From Piromyces finnis finn (Eukaryota > Fungi > Neocallimastigomycota), in the NCBI GenBank assembly GCA_002104945.1, contig MCFH01000024.1, positions 248,001 to 312,000 of the forward strand: a stretch of 64,000 nucleotides of DNA, in the 5' to 3' direction. Within the stretch, counting starts at the first letter, position 1. The number at the start of each line of letters is the position of its first letter. The notes below the pieces were generated by a model. That model ran no database searches, was not told where the DNA came from, and saw nothing but the letters and a program-made list of their open reading frames with translations. Made by a program: the position numbers and the translations under genes. This document shows, one piece after another, positions 1-13,343 of the stretch.

Positions 1-268
1 ATTTTTAAAAATAATGATGATCTTTTAAATAATAATAATTATTTTAAAGTTATAACTGATGGAGGGAGAAAATATAATTTTAATGAATTTAAAAAGAGAA
101 AAAATATAAAGTAAACAAGTAAAAGATTTATTGGAATTGAAATGTGAAAACAGCTTAAAAAATATAAAAATTTAGATAGTTTTTAAAAATATTTAAAAAA
201 TCAACTAATTGTTTATATATATATATATATAAATAAATTTATTATAAAAAAAAATAAAAAAAAAAAGA

Positions 269-771
269 ATGGGTCAAACTTTATCTGAACCAATTACCGA
301 AAAGGAAACTACTCTCGGTGAAGATTCTAGAATGTTATTTGGTGCCAGTTGTATGCAAGGCTGGAGAATAAGTAATATATATATAAAAAATAGTATCATT
401 TAAAAAAAAAAACTTTAAATAATTGTATTAAACATCATATAATAAATTAAATTTTAAAAATGAAGCTATGGAAGATGCTCACACTAGTATTTTAAGATTA
501 AATTCTCGTTTCAATACTACCGATCTTAAGAAATTAGAAGAAGAACTTAACAAGGAACCACCAAAGGATGAATTACATTACTCATTCTTTGCAGTATTTG
601 ATGGACATGGTGGATCATCTGTAGCAAAATACTCTGGTGAACATTTACACTGGAGATTATTAGAAGAAGAAGCTTTTAAACAAAAAGATTTTAAAAAGGC
701 TTTAAAATCTGCCTACTTAAATATGGATAAGGAAATGTTAAATGGTATGTCTTCGTTATTCATTTTAAATC

Positions 772-804
<33 letters not shown>

Positions 805-2183
805 TATTATTTACAGATAAATGATTTTTGTCATACAATAAATAATAATTCTATATATCTAACAAATTATTAAAATAAAAAAAAAAAGAACCAAGCATTA
901 TTCGAAATCCAGCTGGTTGTACAGCCGTTTCAGCTTTAATTACTGACGATAACATGTTATATATTGCCAACTCTGGTGATTCAAGAGCCATCATATCGGT
1001 TGATGGTGTATCAAATGATATTACCGAAGATCACAAACCAACTAAACCAGGTATTTTTATTAATAATAATAGTAGTAATAGTAGTAACTGTTGTTGTTGC
1101 GATAGTAGTAATAATAATAGTAGTAGTAGTAGTAATAGAATTATTTTTTTTAATACATATGGTCCTTTTCATATAGTAGTAACTGTTGTTGTTGCGATAG
1201 TAGTAATAATAATAGTAGTAGTAGTAGTAATAGTAGTAGCTGTTGTTGTTGCGATAGTAGTAATAGAATTATTTTTTTTAATACATATGGTCCTTTTCAT
1301 ATAGTATACCTTTTTTTTTAAATTTGTTATGAAAAATGATAAAAAAATTATTTTTATTAAGAACTTTAAAAAGAAATAATCAAATGAATGAATGATGCTT
1401 AATTCCTTTTTTTTTTTTTTTAATATAATTACCTATATCAATAATAGATGAACGTGATAGAATTATAAATGCTGGTGGTTATGTTGAATGTGGTCGTGTT
1501 AATGGTAACTTAGCTCTTTCACGTGCCTTAGGTGACTTTGAATTCAAACAAAACAGTGATCTTCCAGCTGAACAACAAATTGTTACTGCTGATCCAGATC
1601 TTTTTGAAAGAAAAATTGGTGAAAATGATGAATTCATCGTTTTAGCTTGTGATGGTATATAAATTTTTATTTATTAAATTTCTATTTCGATATGCAGTAT
1701 TCAAATCAATATATCCTATGAATATTGTCATGCCAATGATTGTTTTAAAATTCTTGTAAAGATTTTAATGACTAATTAACTCCAAATAAATTGAAATCTA
1801 TTTTTTTTAATATTAAACTAAATAACAAAGGTATCTGGGATGTCCTTACCAATCAAGAAGTTGTTGATATAATTAGATTCGGTATTGCCCGTGATAAGGA
1901 CTTAGGTAGTATAGCAGAAGATGTTATGAATGCTAGTCTTGCTAAGGATAGAATTTCCTTTGATTATGGAGGTGTTGGTTGTGATAACATGACCATAGTT
2001 ATTGCTGCTTTCCTTAACGGTAAAACTAAAGAACAATTCTACCAAACTATTCGTGATAAAGTTAATGAAAAATACCCAGATGGTGATTATCCAGAAATTG
2101 ATCCATACGCCAGAATAAAAAATGCTAGTAAAAATATTAATCAACCAGAAGAAGAAAATCCTACTCAAGAACTTCTTTACTAA
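269..2183 (+). CDS. PTC2: Protein phosphatase 2C (Ptc2/Ptc3-like), ~5 exons
   Basis: Spliced translation gives [12 protein letters not shown]...[31 protein letters not shown]...[41 protein letters not shown] and GCDNMT. All PPM metal-binding motifs are present; the N-terminal MG may be myristoylated. Ptc2 vs Ptc3 cannot be distinguished. Confidence 0.95.
1069..1306. repeat. Composite tandem duplication inside a PP2C intron
   Basis: CTGTTGTTGTTGCGATAGTAGTAATA occurs 3 times (~1088, ~1183, ~1240). TAGAATTATTTTTTTTAATACATATGGTCCTTTTCATATAGTA occurs twice (~1136, ~1264). Both sit among (TAG)n/(TAA)n. Confidence 0.9.
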
Positions 2184-3634
2184 TAATAAAAGACGAAAAA
2201 TCAAATAAAGATGCTCCCCCTTTTTTTTTTACACTATTTTCACTTTTTAATAATTTTTAAGAACTATTTCCTTATTTTTTTTTAACGAGAAAAAAATCAA
2301 AAAAAAAAAAAAAAAAAAACATTGGTAATACTCCAAAGCAATAAATTTAAAATAGTAAAAAAAAAAAATACATATATATTAATAATTTAAATTCTGCAAG
2401 CAATCCAAAAAAAAAAAAAAAAAATAAAGAAAATAAAAAAAAAAAAAGTTAAAAAAAAAAATAAAATCATCATCCTCATCATCAAAGCATGAAATAATAA
2501 AAAACAAGAAAAGCCGCCCGTGCTATTATTATAAAAATAAATAAAATGATTTTTTTTTTTTATATATACTTTTTTTTTTTTTTTAAAAAAAAAAAATATT
2601 ACATTAAAAAAAAAATAATAATAAATTATATTAATATAAAAAATAAAAAATAAAATAAAATAAAAAAAAAATTAAAAAAAAAAAAAAAAGTAGTGGTTGT
2701 ATCAACTCAATGTAAATAGCAATTTCAAATCAATTCACCTTTTTTTTAATTTTTACTTTTTTTTTTTTTTTTTTGAAAAACAATAGTTACCATTTTTTAA
2801 CTTTAAAATGACGGTTTAAATTTCTTTTTTTTTTTTTTAAGGAGTTAGGGTTAAAAAAAAAAAAAAAAGCAGATTTTAATACAAAAAAGAAAGGTTTTTT
2901 TTTTTTTTTTTTTTATTTTTTATTTTTTTTACTATTATTATTTTATTTCATCTTCATTTAATAGAACGTTTTAAATCATTCTGTATAGTTAAAGTCTGAT
3001 GAAGTCCACTTTTTGCCTGGCTAAAAGTTTTGGCTCAATTCTTTTAAAAAAAAAAAATATATAGATAGATATAGATAGATATAGATATAGATTAATTCAC
3101 TGTATTTGGATTAATAGTAATAATCAATGGATAAAAAAAAAAAGGGTGGGTGGGGGTTAAAATCAAACTATAATGAATAGTGTCAATACTAAAATAAAAA
3201 TAAAAAAGTAAGAATTGGCAAGGGCCAATACAATGACAATACACAACAAATGTTTAAGATCTTAATTTTATCGTTTTTTTAAAAATATGGAATGATCTTT
3301 TTTTTTAAAAAAAAAAAAAGTTTTATAGAATACAATGAAGCCAACTATTACTATTAGCAATACTAAAATAATAGGATAAATCATTTAAAAATCATTCATA
3401 GTTATAATACTAATCTTTTTTTTTTTTTTTTTTTTTTTTTTGATGGTCTCTATCGTCTCTGGCCAATAATGATTTATAGTTCATAGTTTGGGGAGAAAAA
3501 AAAAACACTATTAATGAAACAAACTTTACTAAGGAATCAACCATCCTTCCTTCATTCTTTATATATATATATATAAATTTAAAACATCATCTTAAAAAAA
3601 AAAAAAAAACATAGATATAATAATAATAATAATA

Positions 3635-3668
<34 letters not shown>

Positions 3669-4053
3669 TTGATTTTCAATATAAATAATATTATGTATAA
3701 ACATCAAATACTTTTCCAAAACTTCCTTTGGAAAAAAAAAAAAAAGTATTTGAAAAAAACTTTTTTCACTATTATTAGTAATATTGCTAGTATTATTATA
3801 TATTAATAAATATATAATAATAATTTTATTTATTTATTTCTTTTTTTTTTGAATGTTTTTTCTTTTTTTACAATTTTTTCATTCAATATAAAAGTTTTTT
3901 TTTTTTTCTTCCTACATGTATTAAATAATAAAATTTTATAATTTTATTATTTAAACTATGTATAAACAGCTATACCTATTATTATTATTATTAATGTAAT
4001 TATTAACTATTATTATTATATTTTATTATGTAATTATTATTATTAACTATTGC

Positions 4054-4056
<3 letters not shown>

Positions 4057-4146
<90 letters not shown>
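4057..4146. repeat. (ATT)n microsatellite
   Basis: Uninterrupted ATT run of ~90 bp. Confidence 0.95.
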
Positions 4147-4147
<1 letters not shown>

Positions 4148-4567
4148 TTATTAACACTTTGGAAAAAAAAATTCTTTTGTTTTTGCTTTGTTTTCTTGTT
4201 TTTTTTTTGTTTGTTTGTTTGTTTGTTTGCTTGCTTGCTTGATTGCTTTACTTTGCTTTTTTTTTTTTTTTTAAATAAATAATAATAAAAATAAAAAAAA
4301 TACTACACATCATATAAAGTAATATTTTTTTTTATTATTATTTCTCTTTTTTTTTTTTTATTAAACTTTAAAATATATCTTTTTTTTTTTTTTGTTAAAT
4401 AATATATTTGATTATTAATATAATTTGATTTATGTTCTATTATAAATAAAAAAAAAAGTTTCAATATATAAATAATAGGATAAATAATACTATTTAATAT
4501 ATTAAAAGGAAAATAAATATTGTCTTTTTTTTTTTTATCCTTGATGATCCCAAAAAAAAAAAGGTAC

Positions 4568-7500
4568 TTATATATTTTGTGAATATAATTCACCAAGTTG
4601 TTTTCTATTATTTTGTAATAATGCTGGGAATATGGTAACAAACATTGATTCAACTACTTCATCCTTTGCCTATTTAATAAAAATTTTATATAATTAATAA
4701 ATAGTTTTTTAAAGGATTGATTAGAATTTCAAGGTATAAAGCATTCTTTATTTTTTATGTTTATATATAAATCAATAAATTTATTATAAATATACTTACT
4801 TCATCAAAAATACCGACAGTTGGATAGGTATAAAAGTCATGATAAATTCTTCTAACTGTACTTCCTGAAATATTTACAACAGCCGGGCCGTCAACATCAA
4901 TAAAACTATATAGATTTAATATAATAAAATAAATATATTAATTATTATTTAATCCTTCTTTTAAAAAAAAAAAAAAAAGTATTCATTTAGGCATGCATGG
5001 ATAACATACGTATGATAGAAAGCATTATAATATGGAACGAGTTGAGGTAATAAAGGATAATTTGGATCATACGATTCTTCATCATGAGAACCTGAATTTT
5101 GACTATATATATCTTGTAATGAAAATTTTTGATGATGACTATTACTACTACTATCAACTGTTATATCTTGCTTTTGTTTTACACGTGTAACTAATTTTTG
5201 TAAAATACAATAGTTTTCCCAAAATAAAACATTTTCCACTACAAAATCTTGTATAGCAATAGACTTTAATTCTTCAACAAGATTTGGAGAATTCAATACT
5301 ATTCAATAATAATTATAATAATTATAATAATAATATTATTATTAATAATAGTTTTAATTTTTTTTTTTTCAGTAATAATAATAATAATATGGGAAGAATA
5401 TTAATGTTTCTATTTTTTGAAATATATATGAAATATATATATAGTATATTATAATTATTTTTTATGATATTTACTTTTATAAAAGTATTGCATTGTATTT
5501 GTTGGCTAATAATAATAACAATAGATTTTAAATATAAAATATAAATATATATTATTAATAAGAATAAATCAATAATTAGTTAATAAACAAAACTTTTTTT
5601 ATTATTATTTATTTACCTCATTAGCATATCTTTTATTCAAACGTTCCGCCTTAAAACACTTTATAATCGGAATAACAACAGATGTTAAGTGAAGGTATAT
5701 TCCACATGTAATAAAGATGTATATACCATCTTTTGTCCATTCTTTAAGTGTAGAATTTCCTGAAAAGGCCTTGATATAAAAATATAAACTTTCGGCTATT
5801 ATTTTAATAAGAATAGTTTATAAAAATTTTAGTAACTTTTTTTTTTTTATAATATACTTTTTAACTTTTTATATATTAACAATAGGAATAACAATCATTT
5901 TTTAACATACCTAAAATATGAATAACGGAATTACTAAAGCAATCAAACTATATTAAAAGAATTACGTTGGATTAATATTACAATTTTTTTTTTATTTTAA
6001 TATGTAGTGTTGCATTACCTTAATACCCAATCTTTGATCATCTTTAATATTTGTAAATGAAAATATTATTGTAATTACTATATTACAAATAATGAAGATA
6101 ATACCAGTAATTACAGGTATTGTAAACATTTTTTGCATTTTTTCATAATTATTTTCCACGTTTAATTGGGAGACCTTTTCATTATTCTTTGATGAATAAC
6201 CTGAGATTTTTTCATTAATATCTACTGGTGTCCTATATTAAAAAAAAAAGCATTAAATAGTAATTACATTTAGTCATTACTTTTATAAAAGTTTTTCTTT
6301 TTTCTTTTTTTTAATTAATCAATATATATATATGTGTATTACCATCCACACAGTTTTTGACCTGCACTAATGTGTAACATTATCGAAATTATTGTATATA
6401 TTGTCTATATAATTTTATTAGATAAATAAATAATAATTTTTATTTAAATATTAAAATTCCATAAACAAATTTCAATTCCTCTTTTCCTCATTGATATTAT
6501 AATAATAAAAAAAAAAAAAAAAAAAAAAAAAAACACTTACTACACAAGAAATGACTAAAATTTTTACAAATGTCTTTGTAAATTAATAAAACAATATATT
6601 GATTAATAATTATTTTTAATATATTGTATATTTTTCATTACTATTTTTATAAATTAACTTACTTTATCCACCATTCTATATATTGATTTATAATATATAT
6701 TTGGTTCTATCATTGTACCCTTTTTTGTATTTTGTATGAATTTCTTTTGACTTAACTCAGTAACTATATATAATAATAATTTAATATATATCCATAATTT
6801 TATATATTTTATAGATAATGAATATTTTATATAATTATTAATATTCTATCCATTTTATACTTTTTTATGCTTTTTTAAAAAAAATAATAATAATAATTCA
6901 TTTACCTTTAAAAATATTGAGTTTATATAACAAGACTAATCTAAAGGCACGAGAAACAAAACTATTTCATTCCAATATTTAAATTCTATATGAATAAGTT
7001 TTCAATGGATATCTTTAATATTTACTATAACTTTTTACCATATATGGGAAACAAAAGTGAACACAGTAGCGGAATAATAGGTAACTGTTTTTTAATGAGA
7101 CATTTTATATATTAAATGGATATTTTAATAAACTTTATTTTTTCTTTTCTATATTAAAACTATCTATCACTCTATAATTATTTAAGAAATGATAATAATA
7201 ATTACAGGCACAAGGAACTTCCATAATTTCAGTAATCTATTTTTATTGGTAAATAATTTGATTTGTTAGTTTTTTATTTTTATTATTTATCTATTTATTT
7301 ATTTATTTATTCATTCATTCATTGATTTATTCATTTATTTATTTATTTATTTATTCATTGATTTATTTATTTATTTATTTATTTATTTATCTATTTATTT
7401 ATAATTACTAGTATATTTCATTTAAAATAAAAAATACATACCGCATTAAATAATGTACTTAAAAAGTTTGCACAACCTCCAATAAAAGTAAGTGTAAAAT

Positions 7501-7763
7501 TTCTTTGCTTTATAATGTACCAATTTTTATATTTACAAAGACTTTTATAATGAAAAGATTAAATTCTTATTCTTGGATATTGATAATTAATACATTAAAA
7601 TTTACCATATTAACGATATACAGTAGTAAAAAAACAAAAAGCAGTTGAAAGCATAAAAAACCCTTCCTTTTGCATTATCATAATGTATAAATATTCCAAG
7701 TAATTTCTCTTGTTTATATGATGGGTCTATACCCATATAGGATTCTTTATTTGGATCAGACAT
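4568..7763 (-). CDS. Multi-pass membrane protein with C-terminal RGS domain (7TM-RGS type), many short exons
   Basis: Starts MSDPNKESYMG. Hydrophobic segments include ...RNFTLTFIGGCANFLSTLF, YYSATVFTFVSHICFVSRAFRL and YIFITCGIYLHLTSVVIP. The RGS signature follows: LVEELKSIAIQDFVVENVLFWE...FIDVDGPAVVNISGSTVRRI...IFDE/AKDEVVESMFVTIFP. Stop TAA at 4570-4568. Confidence 0.8.
7275..7400. repeat. (TTTA/TTCA)n tetranucleotide repeat in the first intron of the RGS gene
   Basis: Direct reading of the tract. Confidence 0.85.
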
Positions 7764-8757
7764 TTTCTTTGTTTTTTTTTAAAGAAAAATAAAATAAAAG
7801 CAAAATTAGTTTTTTTTATATTTTTAATATTAATACCATAACTATAGAAAGTATTTAAAGTATAGATACCTTTTATATCAATATGTTTAAAAATATAATT
7901 TATTTTTTAAGCTTAATTTAAAATTGAAGAAATTTTTAATTCCTTTTCAAAAATGTATATATAAAGTATTAACTTTTAAACTATTATTAAAAGTCTTTTT
8001 TATTATTGTTGTTGTTGTTACTATTTTTTATATAATTCACTAATAACAATCTTTATTTACACAATGATATGGTTTAAATAAAAAATATATTTAAACAATA
8101 TAATAATTTAATTCTTTTAAATTTTTTTTTTCCTTCTTTCTTTATCAATTTAAATATTTACACTTTACAATATTAAAACTCTTTATTTTTTTAAAAGAAA
8201 AAATAATTATTTTATATTGTATTATACCAATTATTATTTTCTTTTTTTGATAAAATATAAATATATATTTTAACAATTATATACAATGTATTATTTAAAG
8301 TGGTAATAAATTGATATAGGTAAAGGATAAATTTATTAATAAAGTGTGATTTAATACAAGTATGATTTTCTTAAACTTTTAAAATTATTCTACAATTAAA
8401 AAAATAAATTATTATTACTATTACTATTATTATTATTATTACTGAACGTATATAAACTTTTAACAGTATTATATTATTTGACAAAAATAATTGTAACTAT
8501 TATTTTTTAATTCTATATATATTACAAATATATATAATGTATTATGTACTATAGTAATAATATCTTTTATTACTAAGTTTTTTTTTTCTTTTTCTTCTAT
8601 AGTTTAAATTATCTTTATTCTCTTGGTTTGGTATATTATTACTCTTCTATTTTCTTTTTTCTCTTTTTGTTCAATTTCCATTGATTAAGAAAAATAATAG
8701 AAAACTATTTTTTTTTTTAATTAAAAAAAAATAGAAGAACAATAAGTTTTTTTTTTT

Positions 8758-8788
<31 letters not shown>

Positions 8789-11700
8789 GAAATTTAATTT
8801 GGCATCCTTCTTCCTTTTTAAAGTTTTTATATTTTTTTTTTAAATACTTTTTTTAATTAATAATAATAATAATAATAATAATAAGGAAATGATAATGAAT
8901 TTGTTTGTGATAATACTTTTTAAATTACCAATGCCTGAAACAATCTTTAATATATTTAAATATATTGAATATAGATATGTATAAATTATATTATCCATTA
9001 AATTACAATTATCTAATAATGTATGTATAATATATGTTCTAGTAAAAAACTATTTAATCTATTTTAATTAATTATATAGAATTTTATAACAATATTATTT
9101 ATTCATTATATATTGTACAATGTATTTTATAATATATTATTATTATGAAATAAAACAATCAACAACTTTTTTTAAAAAATTATTTCTTTTTAAATTAGTA
9201 TTATAAATGAAATTAATATAATCCTATAATATTAAATGAATTCTATGGGTGACTGAAATATTGATTAATCATATATTATTTTCATATTTTATTATTAAAT
9301 AAGGTTTACTCATCTTTTAGTTATTTTCCTTTTTCTGTATATTTAAATTTTAGTGTCACTCTATTAATTAACTTTAATAACCTTAAATATTTTAATTAAT
9401 TAAAAAAGAAATAATAAGAAAAGATTTTATTAGAGTAATATCAATGACGAATTGTATAAAACTTGTCAATAACAAAAGTATGCTCTAATGCTCTTTATCT
9501 TTTATATAAAAAAAAAAGAATAGATGATGAATTTTAGTAGTAGAATGGTATTTATTTTATAAAAAAAAAAAAAAAGAATCAATGCATGGATGGTTAAAAA
9601 CCAATTGTAATATTACTAAATTTTATTTTATTCTCTACTAATTTTTCTATTATTTTATACAATAGTTAAATAATAAATATAGAGATAATGATTATTTCTG
9701 TTTGAATAAATGGATGATACAAAAGAGTAACTACGAAAGATAAATTTTAATTTCAACTGTCTAATAACACACTAGATGAACCCTTATTAATAAAATAATT
9801 AAATGCAATTTTTTTACCATAAAACAAAAAAAAAAAAAAAAGGTTCTTCCCTCAGATATTTATAAGCTCAAAGATAGTGTAACTCGGAATATAGAAAATG
9901 TGTTACAGCAGTGATGATAAAGATTATGATTAAATACATCAATTTAAATTTATAAATTGGCTGTGATATTTAATTTAAATGAATCATGGTCTATATTACA
10001 GTATATTATATATAGTTTTAAAGCTTTATTTGTTGTTCAATTATGGCCTATTTTTAAAAAGGTAGATAGAAAATAAAAGTTGTTTGAATTGTATATCTCA
10101 AATTCATATTTATTATAGTTTCATTTAAAAAATAATCATTAAAGTTTGGCTTTCATATCATATTATTTGTTAAATGAATCAAATAATAGAAAATAATTTA
10201 TTCTTACCATAAATTGGAATTAATTGTAATATATAAGGTGAAATAAAATTTTTGTTAAAAAAAACAAATTGTTTTAGATTTATTAATTAAAAAAAAAAAA
10301 AAGAAACAAATTCAACATCGTTCTATCAATACAAAAAAGTAATAATAACAATAATAATAGATAATAGTAAATAATAAATAATAATCGTTGGATAGATAGA
10401 TAAATGATAATTTAATAGACTATAGTTTTAAAGAAAAAAAGAAAACCTTTTTTTTTTTTACTATTATCAAATTGTGAAAGAAAAGATTTCAACTTTTTCT
10501 ATATTAGTAATTAATTACAATAAAAAAATTTTTTTTTTTTTTAATTATTCATTTAAAGAATAAAAGTGATAAAAAACAATTTTTTTTTCATAAAAATAAG
10601 GTTTTGTTTATGAATATCCAACCAAACCATAAAAAAGATAAAACTAGATAACGTACATGAAACTTAATAATAAACAAACTTACATTTTATTATTATTTAG
10701 TTTTCCTATTCTTTAATTTTTTTTTTTTTTTTAAAAAAAAACACATATAACTCTATTGACAAAAAAGTATTATCTTAATTTATTCATTTTTTTTTATTGA
10801 TAACCCATTTTTATGATTTGTAATAAAAGACACTATCAGTTCATTCATAGATTAATAATAATACTATTCATTAAAAAAAAGGTTTAGTATTATTAATAAT
10901 GAAAAGAAAAATAAAAAAAAATAAAAAAAATAAAAAATTAATTAAAAAAATAATTAAACCAAATTTAGAAAGTAATATAAATTTAAAACAAAACAAAAGT
11001 ACAATTCTTAATGATTTAACCTGAAACATTTCCATTTCTATTCTTTTACTTTGGTACAACTAAAAAATACTCTAGGTAGAATAAGAAGGTTGCTTTGTTT
11101 TGTTTTGTTTTGTTTTGTTTTACCTACTTTTAATTTTTAAAGTATTTACAAAAATGAAAAAAAAAACTTTAAAATTTTGAAGAAAAATTTAATAGAAATT
11201 ATTACTCTAATTATTATTATTCTACATTCTTTTTTACTTTTTATTTATTATATTAATATAATAAATACGATCCAATTATTCTTTTCCTTTTTTTTTTTTT
11301 TAATATAACCAAAATGGAAATACTTTATATCTTTCTTAACAATAAAAATCAATGAAAAACAGAAATTTTATAATAGTTTAGTTGTAAAATTTTAATTGTA
11401 TAATCATTGGAAATAAAGTGTTTCTTTTTTTTTAAAAAAATGAACATAAAAAATATTAATAATAATTGTTATTATTGTTATTATTATTAATATTATTATT
11501 ATTATTAGATTCAATTTTAATACATTTTTAAAGAGTATTAACTTTTAAAAAGCCATTTTAATCACTCTTTTTTTAAAAAAAAAATAATAATAAATCATTT
11601 TAATAATATATAAAAAGTTTCAGTTTCTATTAAATAGAAAAATTAATTATATAATTAATTATTAAATAATTATATATTTAGAATTAATATTCTAATATAT

Positions 11701-13343
11701 GTAATAATTAAATAATAAACACAATAATTAATCAAAAAGTTTTATGTATATAATATATATATTTATGTTGACAATGCATTAATTAAATTATATATCATGA
11801 TTTTATCACTTGATAGGAAATGGAGTATTAAAGAAAATGGAAAATATCTTAAATTAAAACTATATTTAATAATAAAATTACACATAATACTAATGACTAA
11901 TATTAATATGATAAACTAAATGAATTAAAAAAACTAGCGGCGGTGAATTAGGATAAAATAAGAAAAAATAAATAAATATAATTTTAGTCATATTTGGGAA
12001 ACCATGAAAAAGGTTTAATTTTTTTATTAATGAAATATCATGATAATTATGATAATGTAATATTAAAATCCTTTTTTTTTTAAAAAAAAAGAATGGTTCA
12101 TTGCCATGAATGAAAATTTTATATAAAAGGGGATTCTTTTTTACAAGAAAACAAAATAATTTTTGATTCAATACTACAAAACTAGAATTGATGTATTAAA
12201 CCAATGATAAACATAAAAAAGGATAATAACTAGTATTATCCTAAATTTTTGTAATAAAATAAAGAGTTTATTATACCTTTCATTTTGGATATTTAATAAA
12301 GGACAATGATCAAATTTTGATTATAAATAAAATAAAAATTATTTTAATTTTTGATAAGAAAATTATGTTTTACATAAAGAGCTTGTAAAAAAAAAAAAAA
12401 GATATATGTATTACATGGAGTATAATAGATGTGAATATCATAATAAAATAATTATGATACTAAAAAATAAAATAAATCTTTTTTATAAAAGAGTTAGCCT
12501 TTTAAAATTGCTTATTTTCAATGATACATTTAATTTTATTATTTTAGTGTTTTTAAATTTTATTAAAAAGTATCTTTGTCAATTTTTATCCTCTAGTACT
12601 TTTAAGTTTTAGTGGTATCTTTCTCTAATTTTTAACATTCAAATGAATATAATAGAGTAAATAAAAAAAAAAAAAAAAAAAGAAAGCCAAGTGAATACTA
12701 GTAAATAAAGTATTCTAATATATAAATCAATTTGATTTAATATCCTTTATGCTAGTCTTTTTTTTTTTTTAAATAGTTAAAAAAAAAAAGAGATTAACTA
12801 TTAAAAAAAAAAAAGCAATTAATACAATATAATATTATTTAATAACCTATTTAAATAAATAAAACGTTACTGCTTAAATCATTACATACTATTTTTTTAA
12901 TCATTACATATTATTAAAAAAAATAGTATGTAAAGATTAATTTTCAAAAACCTAATCATTCTTTATAAAATAAAATATTTTTTTAAATTTTAAAATAAAA
13001 AGAAAAGAAAAAAAAAGACTTTAATATTTCTTTTTTTTTTTGTTTGTTTGTTATAAAGAAAAAATAATCTATTTTATTAATAAAACGTATTTAAAATAGG
13101 AATAATAAGAATATATCCATCCATTTTTTTATTTTATTTTATTATAGAAAGATATTGTTTTTACCATTTGTTTGTAGAGAGATATAAAGTGGATGATTTA
13201 AAAAAAAAATCTTATACAATAAAAATTTTAATTTTTAAAGTTTTTTTCAATAATTTTTTTTTATTCATATATATAATTATATAATTATCAAGTAAAAGAA
13301 AAAAAAAAAACAATTTCTTTTAATACCATATAATCAATTTGAA

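Noticed and set aside
954-1304. ORFs with poly-Val/Ile or Ser/Asn stretches
   Set aside because: Read-through from a PP2C exon into the repetitive intron.
2965-3010. Resemblance to U3 snoRNA box A (ATCATTCTGTATAG) plus TGATGA
   Set aside because: Spacing is too short, and no box B, C or D follows.
2990-3045. Hammerhead-ribozyme-like CTGATGA followed by a possible stem II (AGTC/GGCT)
   Set aside because: The required GAAA reads AAAA (catalytic G12 missing), and stems I and III cannot form.
8889-8938. ATGATAA...CTGA as a C/D snoRNA
   Set aside because: Only ~50 nt, no terminal stem, and no recognisable rRNA complement.
9852-9942. Minus-strand TTGATGT...CTGA candidate snoRNA
   Set aside because: Degenerate box C, no terminal stem and no guide match.
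12220-12242. 9-bp hairpin AGGATAATA/TATTATCCT
   Set aside because: Isolated short stem; expected by chance in very AT-rich DNA.
10871-12612. Short intergenic ORFs (10871-11059, 11890-12171, 12406-12612)
   Set aside because: Low-complexity F/I/L/K/N translations of A/T tracts without recognisable motifs.
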